Of a DNA stretch of 64,000 bases, positions 1 to 10,170 are shown piece after piece. Source of the DNA: Camelus ferus (taxonomy: Eukaryota); NCBI RefSeq assembly GCF_009834535.1, contig NC_045697.1:11348001-11412000 (forward strand). The letters are read 5' to 3'. Position 1 is the first letter of the stretch. Each line of letters starts with the position of its first letter. Position numbers and translations under genes: made by a program. The notes beneath the pieces were generated by a model that was given only the letters and a program-made list of their open reading frames with translations, searched no databases and was not told the DNA's origin.

Positions 1-4
1 CTAC

Positions 5-170
5 CATCTGTGTGACCTTAGACAATTTACTTAACCCTTTATTTCCTCATCAGTAAGACAGTAGATATTAGTGGTACCTATCTCAGGAGGTGATTATGAG
101 GGTTACATGAGTTGACCTACAGAAAACACTTAGCACCTTGGCCCTACAGACAGTGAACACTGCATAGATG
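5..170 (+). mobile_element. MIR SINE fragment
   Basis: tgtgtgaccttagacaatttacttaacc...tttcctcatc...gtacctatctca resembles the MIR core. Confidence 0.8.
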
Positions 171-494
171 CTCATTGCTGTCATCATGACTACCTTTCAG
201 AAAGGTGTACATCTTTCAATACACAAATGCACGGTGTAATAACCTAACACGGCACCACACTGTAAGAGTTGGTTTGTATGTCTCCCTTTGTTACCAAATT
301 GTAAGCTTCTAAACAGACCATATCTTCCATCGTCTCTGTATTTCCAGACTCTGATATTATCATTGCCTAAAGTACAGAAATTCTTGAAAGAATGGCTGAA
401 GTTTGCCTCAACTATTAATAGTTGCTTATGTTCAGATGCAAGCAGCCAGCATTTAAACATATACAAAAAAATCTAAGCTTCTAAGCTTAAGTTC

Positions 495-508
495 AGAGAA
501 AGAAAGAG

Positions 509-562
<54 letters not shown>

Positions 563-648
563 GGAGGGAGGAAGGAAGGAAGGAAGGAAGGAAGGAAGGA
601 AGGAAGGAAGGAAGAAAGAAAGAAAGAAGAAAGAAAGAAAGAAAGAAA

Positions 649-679
<31 letters not shown>

Positions 680-810
680 AGAAAGAAAAGAAAAGAAAAG
701 AAAAGAAAAGAAAGAAAAGAAAAAAGGAAAGGAAGAGAAAGTAAGAAAGAAAAAGAGAGAAAGGAAGAGAGAGAGAAAGGAAGAAAAAGAAAAAAGAAAG
801 GAAAAAAGAG
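495..810. repeat. Compound purine microsatellite (GAAA)n-(GGAA)11-(GAAAA)n
   Basis: Directly visible run of about 315 bp of A/G; 11 perfect GGAA units at 570-613. Confidence 0.97.
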
Positions 811-3800
811 TGGAAGAAAATATCTTGGTCAGAAAATGACAAAGGTACATGTAAATATCTACATCAGCTGAACACGTTTTCAAAGCTCTGATTTCTGCTA
901 CTTTCAAAAAGAGATTGTTTTCCCAGATCACTTATATTCCGAGACCCACCGACCAAATCCAAATAAGTAACTTTATGAATCTTGCTCTTGACAATCTTGG
1001 GGGTTGTTTTTTGTGTTCTTTGCTTGCTCAGAAAGGGGGTGTTCTGTGTTCCTCATGAAAATGAGTTAATGTGGACAAAAGTAATAAAAGGAGATTTATA
1101 GCCCTGTCTCCATACAATTTAAATTAATTTCTTTCCGAAATCCAAACAAAAAGCTAAATGCTTAAAAAATGCATACTGTTTGAATCCTATATCATAATTT
1201 ACACACCAAAAGGGGAGAGGTTTAAATGTGCATTGATTTCAGGCTGATAAGAATCTGTGTTGAATGTGAGTTGAGAGATTTTTTTTCCCCTTCTTGGCCT
1301 CTAACGAATTGTTAGTTTGCAGCAATTTTTAATTAAAAACAGTTCCCATAGTAAGAAAATGGGGAGGGGAAGACCTTAGGAAAATAAAATCAGTAGAGTC
1401 CTGCAGTGTGTTTTCTGAAGCCACGTAGAGATCTTGAAAAATAAGAGAGTTTGGAAGTTCTCATTTTTAAAACTTCACTTTTGGTTTCATTTAACATTTT
1501 CAAAATAGCTTTCCATACCACTACTAATTCCCCCCTCCCCCCATCCTCCCCCACCCACTTCGAGCAACTCGGAGAGTTCTGTGTTTAACACCGAAAATCA
1601 TTCATATGCCTCAGAGTAACAGCACCATTTTTCTTTCTAAATTTCTAGGAAAAAAAAAAAAATCCGAGTTCTCACCAAGCAGTTTTCATTTTTTTCCACC
1701 TATCCAAAATACCTAATCTCATTTTAACTAGACTCCATCTGAACATCAGAGATACTAAGCTATCCCATGAATAAACATGATGTTTCAACATGAAACCCTG
1801 TGACTGAAGTATATAAAAATGTAGCTGAAAGAAAAGACCAAGAGCCCTCCGCCCGCTCCCACCCCCTCCCACCCCCTCCCCGGGGAGTCGGAGAGTTGAG
1901 CTGAGGCGGGGTGAAAGCAGCAGATTTCAATTTCAAGGTCTTTAAATATTTTCAACGTTCATATTAAATCCAGTAAAACTAAAACCCATAATTCTAATAA
2001 AATCCTCGTGTGCGTGGCTTCCAATTGTAATCACAGTTTTCTCTTTGGGAGTGGGATGTGTAATATTGATAAAAGGAAAAAAAAACCCGCAAAACAGAGG
2101 CAATACATCCTGGAACCCACACTTTCCTGGTATTTGTTATATTGTATTAAAATTAGCATACTGCCAACATGAAAAAAAATCTATATACTTAAAAACATCT
2201 TCATTGGAGTGGAGACGTTTTTGAATAAGGAAACCAGGTATAGAAAAGTTATCTACAGTAACGGACATGTGTATGACTTGATAAACTTTCTTAAATTCTA
2301 TAATAATACAACATTATTGAAATCCTTCACTAAAAATGAAGGTCACTGCGATGATCTCATATCTTACCTATACATATTTTTAATCTCATAGCACAGACCT
2401 CAGGAAATGAAAAAAAAATTACTGTTTTTGTTATTCTGGAAGCTTCTTGCAGAACAAATTCTGAAATCTTTAGAACATATTTTTGTGTTCCTATCTGACT
2501 GTACTGTGTGGAGGGTTAAACTATATAATTGTGCAGTTGCCTTCTTCCAAAATACATTTGGAGCAGCAAGACCATTCACACAGTAAATGAATTTGGACAG
2601 ACATTGGGTCAATTCATAGCAGCATACACAACGGAAAATGTAGCCCTCTTCCTACTGCCTGGAATGACAGTGGCCAACAGTGACGCACAGCTCCAAGAGT
2701 TTCTCTTAATTTCAATTAAAAAGAGGGGGAGACACTCATACATTTCTTTGTGGAATTCCACTGAGATTCTGATGTTGCAAAGGAATATTATTTCCCTGAA
2801 TAGCCAACAGCATTTAAAACAGATTTTTGTTGTTTCTGTTTGCTTTGTAATGCCGTCCGATTCCTTTAAAAGGAGATGAGGTCCTATAACCTCTTAGACA
2901 CTTGCTTTCCTTTGCCACAAAGATTAGGGGTCTAAATTTCCTCGTGGTGAAATAAATGTAGAGAATGGGGGGACAGCACTCTTAGGGGAATGGGAAGCAG
3001 ATCCTCAACGCAGCATCAGGAGGTGCCAGGCCCACCAAAGGCATTAGAATAGGTTTCTCAGGAAAGGTGCCAATTTCAACGACAGAGTTGTCAAACTCCT
3101 CCTTCAGCCACTGACTCATGGATGCGCTAGTTCGCAAATGTTTACTGAGTACCTACTTTGTCCCAGGAACTGCTTGCTCCCAGCACCGGCATTAAACAGG
3201 GCTGGCAGGGTCTCTCCTTTCAATATTTCCTGTACTATTAATTACCTTCTTACTTCAGTACCATTTGTGATTTTAAACTAAATACAGGGAGCAAAGAAAT
3301 AACGTCTGGGCTCTTTAGTTCCCAACGCTTTCTCATACTAAACAGAAAACCAAAGCCCAGACTTTTGTAGCATCTGAATTTTTAAATTTAATTTATTGCA
3401 GGGAATTTGCTGATGAGGAACCCAGATCCATGCCAACTAGTTAGTAAGTGACAGAAACAAGTTCGAAACAGGATTAACTCCCCATGCAGTGTTCTTTCAA
3501 CTAAAACTACCCACCTTCTGAAGGGCTATGGTTGGATTTAATAGGAAGAAAGCCATCAATACGCAGGGGAGAAGGTTCTGGGGGTCAGCTATGGAAGGGG
3601 GCCGGGGAATCACCATGCTCGTTACGTCTTACTTTCCTTGCCATAAAGAAGGAGGTTCTTCAACTTGAATGCAGTTTATTCATTATAAACTGATTTCCTA
3701 CCATTTCTTTCCAGGCAAGGACAAGTCTATGTTCAAAAAGGAATGGAGAGTCAAGAGTATTACCCAGGCACGTGTGTGTGTGTGTGATATTAGGAGTCGA

Positions 3801-6384
3801 TGAAATAATACCGTGACGTATAGGAGTAAGAACCAGAAGAGAGAGAGAAGAAAGAGGACCTCTCTTGTCCAAAACAGTTGGATATGTTGGCTAAATTCTA
3901 AAAGTAATCACTTAACAATCTATTTGATTTTGTACGTAAATACTGATCATTTCTGCTGGGTACTGAACTTCATTCCACCCAGTCCCTCTCTAGGGCTCAG
4001 AACAACTGTGTCATAAATCATCATCATCATCACTGGTAAAGGCACAATATAACTTTTTCACCAAGCTATTTTTTTTCTAAGTATTTTTTCAATGACCCAC
4101 TTTGATCAAAATTTAATATTTAATGCTAATATTTATATATCTTATGAACAATGATTGGGTTCTCTTCTTTATTTCATATGAAATGAAAACAAATTTATGG
4201 CCTTGGGTTTATGACATCATTTACTGCTTGGCAAAGAAAAAGGAAGTGTCAGGACAATTATTTGGATAATTATTAAAAAGATCTAATTAAGGGAAGAAAT
4301 GTTCGGATTGGCCCAGAACATACCAGAAAACAGTTCTCGGCACTTTTTGGTCAGTCAGAGAGGTTTAAAAGGACCTTTAAGATTTGTCATAGCAAGCTTT
4401 CTTCTCCAGTTTCTTGAGCTATGAAGCAGTTCTTTTCCCTACTTAAAAGTAGTACCCTACAATCCAAAAGTTAGGAATTCCTGAGCTTAGCTCTCACAAA
4501 AGATAATGTGCCATTTTTAAGAAACATACTATGATGGGGGACTTTCGAAGGTTTTCTCACAAATGTGAAACAAATGTGGGGACCTTACTGCATCCTGCTG
4601 ATTTTTATGAGGACCAGGGTAGAGAAGTCTCCCAGAGAAGTGTCCTAGCCCAGAACTGACCGAGTGATTAACTTAGGGGCACTGGAGGACTCAGACCTCA
4701 GAGAAATCTGCCTGCTCTCCTAACCAGGAAGGATGGGAGAAAAACCTCCTTCTTCAACTCCTCAAAAACTTTCTAAAATGTAAGATGGACACTGCTCATT
4801 TTTACACCCTGCTGCTGTTCAAGAATTGATCCATAAAGACCCACAGTCTCTTTTTTAAAACTAATCCTATTTAAGACTTTTTTTTTTACCTCAAATCTGT
4901 GTGGCAATTAATGTGTGCCTGAACTATAAGACACTTTCTGTCTTCCTAATTCTGAAAGCAGGCTGCAACTACCAAGTTTGTGCAAGAATGTAAGATGCCA
5001 GCACACAGTTGCAAAGAGCTGAATGAAATATACAAACTGTAACACACACAACACCACACAAATATCATTTCCTGCCAACAAGTCACCATCCTGAGCAAAA
5101 CAGAGTTTACACTTGTGTAAAAACTACTGGCTTCTGGGGAGAGCCATGGCATCAGCAGGTATATTTAACATCTATGATGCATTAACATATAAAGATAATA
5201 GCAGTAATAAAGACAGCTCAGTTTTTTTTTTTAATCAGCCCTTGTCCAGCAGTTAGCCAATCAGAAAGCAGGTCACATTTTGTTAGCTATACTCAATACA
5301 TTAAACGTCATGAATTTCTCCATGGCTCTGTTGACAATTCAAGCAAACATGTTTTATTCTGTCTTTAACTGAGTCCCTTTCCAGAACTGAGAGTCAATCT
5401 TCTAACTGAAATTTCATCAAAGCTATTCCCTCAAAGCTCTTTGCCATCAACCCTCCAGATACTTGTACTTTGCAGAGACTACAGAATTCCCAGTGATTTC
5501 TACTTCCTAAAGTAACTTTGGTGTACCTGTAACAAACTCCTTCTCAGAACACCTCAACACAAAGCCCCAACTTACAGGCAATGGGACAGCCCAGCAGCAG
5601 GTCCTGCCAGCTGAGCCAGCACAGAGGAAAAGTCAACTGGCATTAAATATTTAAATTGCAGGAGGCGGTCTGGAGTTTTGCATTTACAAAGTTCTGAAAG
5701 TCCTGTCTCTTCTCTGCTCCCAGAGTTGCAGGAGAGGAGGAGGTGAGGCTCCTCTCTCCCGCACAAGATCACAAATATGCAAAAACTCAAGATGACTTGA
5801 ATCCTCGGCCAGCTCCTGTGGAAGGGAGAGCTCTGAGGAAGCCGAGACACTCCCGTCCTCGATGGGAGAAAGTCAAGAACCCCTCGCCCCAACTGGGTTC
5901 TGACTTTAACATGGAAATAGAGAAACATGCGTCCCTCCAGGGCTAGTTCTGAAAAGTCCGCGGGGTGACTCTTCTGTCCCCTTCACCTCTATTTTGATGA
6001 CTTTGACAAGCAAATGCAGGTCAAAGCAGACTTCCTCTGGGATTTGTTTTTTTAAAAAAATTATTTTGCTGGATGCAAAAGATCACCAAATCCCTTGGAA
6101 TTATATCTCAAGAAACACTAACGGGACTGACTCAGAGCCTGCAAACGCCAGAGTTTTGAGAGAGCAGCATTTCTGGAGAGCCGGCAGGCGGATCAAGTGA
6201 TGGGTTGTCTATTTCAAGATTCCAGCAGAAACTGTCCCCAGCTCCAAGAGTTGCTGTGCCTAGAAACCCAGCGTTCAAACTCGTGGATCCATTCTGGTGC
6301 TCATTTCCACGGACGTGGTAGTATTTGGTGGGACACTTCCCCCGGAATTCAGCCAGCCACCCAGGAAAAGCTCATGCACAGTTT

Positions 6385-6386
<2 letters not shown>

Positions 6387-6415
<29 letters not shown>
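6387..6415. repeat. Poly(A)/(T) tract just inside intron 1
   Basis: Uninterrupted A run. Confidence 0.95.
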
Positions 6416-6443
6416 GCCACCAACACACACCCCAGGTTGAAGT

Positions 6444-6452
6444 ACTTACCTC
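6444..6452 (-). other. LDB2: 5' splice donor of LDB2 exon 1 (GAG|GTAAGT)
   Basis: Plus strand acttacctc at 6444-6452; similarity to LDB2 protein stops exactly here. Confidence 0.95.
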
Positions 6453-6581
6453 TGTGCGCGACTGCAGTCTCTTGTTCATCTCATAGATTCGGTACTCTGG
6501 TTGTACCATGTAGGGTGTATGTCTCCTATAAAATGGACCGAAAGGAGAAGAATAGAAGGGGTCATGTGGTGTGCTGGACAT
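6450..6581 (-). CDS. LDB2: LDB2 first coding exon (44 codons, phase 0); the gene continues leftwards beyond the window
   Basis: Translates to MSSTPHDPFYSSPFGPFYRRHTPYMVQPEYRIYEMNKRLQSRTE, which I recognise as the LDB2 N-terminus. ATG context GGCAAG-ATG has A at -3, and the exon ends exactly at GAG|GTAAGT. Confidence 0.97.
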
Positions 6582-7010
6582 CTTGCCTGCTTGTCGAAAA
6601 TCAAGCTAAACAGAGTATCAGGAACGTCCATGCAGAGCACATGGGCTGTGTTCTTCGCGGTACAAAGTAGACGCACGCACACGCTCACACACACGCGCTC
6701 ACACACACACACACAGAGGCAGGCAGGCAGGCTGAACACACTGGCTGGGAACTGCTGTTGGAGCCCTCTATAGCTAGAGAGGAGAGGGAGAGCGAGCTGG
6801 AGGGAGGGAGGGAGGGAGGAGGGGGGAGTGGGAGGGAGGGAGAGCTCCGGAGAGGAGGGAGGGGGGGAGCTTCAGAGAGGGCGGGAGGCTGGTAGGGAGG
6901 AAGGGAGGGAAGGAGGGAGGGAGGGAGGGAGGGAGAGAGGCGCTGGATAGCTTTAGGCACCAACGCTTGTTTTTAAAGAAGCAGTTTGTGGAGAGGTCAC
7001 TTCCTGTCCA
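6582..7010 (-). promoter_or_regulatory. LDB2: LDB2 5' leader and core promoter region; exact TSS not determinable
   Basis: Directly upstream of the ATG, with local CpGs, a TG-rich repeat, a purine/pyrimidine tract (6776-6940), TTTAAAA (~6971-6977) and an ETS motif ACAGGAAGTG (6998-7007) on the minus strand. Confidence 0.75.
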
Positions 7011-8798
7011 CACTGTAGACTAGTTCAAAAATATAATTCTCCTCACAGTCTGACAGAGGTCTAAGGTTTGGTTTTCTTTCTTTCTTTTTTTTTTTCCCCT
7101 CTCCAGCCAGGACCCTTCACAACCTGATTGCTAAGCTTGTTAGCATATAGGTGGTTTAACTGCTGCCTGAGCCACTCACCCCTGACAGCCACACCGGTGT
7201 AATGGATCAGAAATGTGATGACTACAAAATACAGAGACATGGGGCATCGTGTCCCTCCCCGCAAGCCTCACGTGCAAAGATTTCCCTCTGCACTCCTCCC
7301 CCTCTACTTAAGGTTGTTCCAAGAGCTTGTTCTAGTCTTTGCATGTCAACCCCTCCTCACTCCCTGCCCTCCCCCAGTCACCCTTCTTCCCAGCCGCCTC
7401 CCTCCCAAAGCTCATTCAAGATGGTTTAAGAGGGCCTGGATTCAGGTCACTGAAGCATTTTCAGGTAAAAAACAATCATTTGCAATATGGAATGCCTAAG
7501 ATACACCCATGATGCAATGATCTTCTTTCCCAAGTAGAGAAAAAAGCAAAAACAACTCCCAAAGCAGATCTCCAAGTGAGACAGGAAAAGCAAGAAAGAG
7601 AAAACTCTTGCAAAAATGACCATGGAAAATTCAGTTGAGTGGGAAATTGCAAATAATTGAATGGCTCCTCCCCAAATAACATGTCCAACTCTAATGGAGA
7701 CATGGTCTTTATTTTCCAAGATTGGCCAAGTACAGGAATTTTTACCCAAACGTGGTATATGATAATTAGAAGAAACCCTGAACAGTCCATGGGAGGGGAA
7801 AGTTTGTCTATAGCAATTAAATGATCTATGTGACAATCAAATTCTGCTGGAACCAATGATAACCAGACATCTACCCCTTAAACAAAGCCCAGATGCAGAA
7901 AATGTAAATGTTTTGAGCTAACGTGTGTAGCTAGGTCACTGGTGTTAAGACAGCAAAGACCACCAAAAAGCATGATGCGTGCAAGACTTGAATGTAAATG
8001 GATGCAAATGAGACATTTCTTCTTTTTTAATAAGCAGATTAATTAACTTTCTGCCCCAATCATGGCTTGGGGTATCTCCAAGTCACTAGCCAACAGGGGA
8101 TAACGTACTGCTAATTCTGCAATTTACACTCTTAAGAATACTCAGGCATAGAAATGCCCTCGAATTGCTGTCTTGATCAGTCCTTTTCCATAACTGCATG
8201 AAATGTTTGCAGCCTACCCCAAACTTCCAGTGCAGCCCAACACACTGAGGTCTCTTGCCAGGATGAGATTAGAGGAAGCATTACACTAAGGCTGCTTGGA
8301 ACTCTTTCCTTGAGAGGACCCCAAGGCCAGCCAGCATGCTGGGTTTCAGGTTTCATTACAAATCCAAAAGCTGGACCAAATTTGCTGCAAGGTTTGTCAA
8401 AACACACAACCTTCTAAAGACAGAATTTCAAACAAATTTGGCGTGATTTATGTTTTGAAATGACGGCCACTGCAAAATCTAAACGTTCTTTGTGTTTAAA
8501 TTCCCAAACTAAAGACGTTCCAGGAGTCTAGTGCCGGCCTGAGTTTGTGTTTACCTGGCCGTTTCAGCGCAAGAATCAAAGTAATACTTAGCAGGGGGCA
8601 TGCAGCTCCGTATTGATCAAAACAGGAAAAGCTCAAAAATCCATTTAGGGAACCCCTTTCTGAATAAGGTTAAATTTGGCTCTCATTAATTCCTGTGGAC
8701 TATTCCAAACTAGAATTGGAAATATTTCTTCCTGTTAATATCTAAAGATTCCAAATTCAGAAATATCTGAAACTGCTCACAGATCCACAGTTCTAAGC

Positions 8799-8906
8799 TT
8801 TTTTTTTTTATTTATTGAAGTATAGTCAATTTATAATGTTGTGTCAGTTTCTGGTGTACAGCATAGTGTTTCAGTCATACATGTACATGCACATATTCCT
8901 TTTCAT
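8799..8906 (-). mobile_element. Short L1 3'-end fragment (artiodactyl-type) with tail
   Basis: T-run followed by attgaagtatagtc...gtttctggtgtacagcatagtg; the reverse complement matches the 3' end of the L1 at 60914-61711. Confidence 0.85.
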
Positions 8907-9090
8907 AAGGAATTTCTTCATTCCTTTTCTTATAACTGTGATTCATCCTTATTATAATCAAAATGTTGATTATAGAAAAGGAACTGATCACGTCCCATGT
9001 TTTCTCTTTAGTGCCCTCCCTGCTACCAGTAGGAAAAGTCCAAGCTCATTAAGACCTGTTCTCTCTATTTCTTTCTATCTCTGTCTCTAT

Positions 9091-9093
<3 letters not shown>

Positions 9094-9124
<31 letters not shown>
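9094..9124. repeat. (CA)n microsatellite
   Basis: Directly visible. Confidence 0.95.
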
Positions 9125-9125
<1 letters not shown>

Positions 9126-9344
9126 TTGTTTATTTGCTATACTTGAGCTTCCTGAAGTTATCACCTCATTTCATGCATGCACACCTTTGTACTTCTGTCC
9201 CCTATTTACCTGCAAACTCCTACTCATCCTCCTAGCCAATTAAATTGCCCCCTCCACTGTGAAACTTTTTCCATTACAGATTCATTAATACATCAATTCC
9301 ACAGATACTCCATTCACGGTGGATGTGGGCACCGGCTCTAACAG

Positions 9345-10170
9345 CAACCAGAGCACATTTCAGTCCTGAACTTGAGCAAGTGACTTGATGTCTGTGTGCC
9401 TCAGTCACCTCAGTTTTAAACTGGGAGAATACGAGTAACAATCCTCAAGATGGCTGCAATGGATTAGATGAGAGTATGAACTAGAATGTATTAGAACCTA
9501 CACATCGAATGCCCAAAAAGTGTTATTATTACTAGGTACCTAACATATGCTTAGGCGCTAGGGAACATTGGGAGGCCAGGGTGAACATAGCAGACGGACT
9601 CTGCCTTCCTGCCCCTTGCAGTGGGGGTGGGGGTGAGGGAAGTTGCAGATAGCATAGAACTAATAAGCCTTTTGGAACATAATTTCAAATTGTAGTGTGT
9701 GCTATGAAGGGAAGAGATAAAAGGAAGACATAGAAAATAATTTCCTCCTTTGGGTCAATATTCTTCTTATTGTATCTTCTATATTCTTCTACTGGAGAAT
9801 TTATATGTAAATATGATCACTACTATTGTTTATTAAGTCCTTACTAAGTGACAGGCATGGTGCTGAGTGGCTTACACAAGTATTCTTTGTTAATCTCACA
9901 ATAACTCTGTGTCATTGATGGAACTACTCTCCCCATTCCACAGATATGGAGACTAGGACTTTGAGATGCTAAGAAATTTGTTCAAGGTCAAACAGCTAAT
10001 TAACAATAGGAACAAGATTCACAGCAGTCTGCTTGGATCTTAAGCATTTTGCTGTTTGATACTCAAGCCAATCCTCATCTTTAGGGCATCTCTGTTCTTT
10101 GTTCCCAGTGGCCAGCGTGGTGCTGAGTCCACAGTAGGTACCCAAGCCATATGCACATAATTAAATGGAA
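9345..10170. mobile_element. Cluster of MIR and L2 fragments in both orientations
   Basis: gcaagtgacttgatgtctgtgtgcctcag (MIR +), ccccattccacagatatggagact (MIR -) and gtgctgagtccacagtaggta (L2 end). Confidence 0.65.

Larger units (their letters stand above)
1..6449 (-). other. LDB2: LDB2 intron 1 (proximal part)
   Basis: Lies downstream of the donor; no exon 2 sequence (DSDNLWWDAF...) appears in the ORF track. Confidence 0.9.

Noticed and set aside
453..931. 129-aa and 152-aa F/L/S-rich ORFs
   Set aside because: Translation of the GAAA/GGAA microsatellite.
5572..5928. 118-aa ATG ORF ending at a CCT|GTAAGT donor-like site, considered as an alternative LDB2 N-terminus
   Set aside because: An exon of 353 coding nt would be phase 2, incompatible with the phase-0 junction; the protein is not recognisable.
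6197..6670. 157-aa plus-strand ORF antisense to LDB2 exon 1
   Set aside because: No ATG at the annotated start, poly-K comes from the A tract, and openness is partly explained by the opposite CDS.
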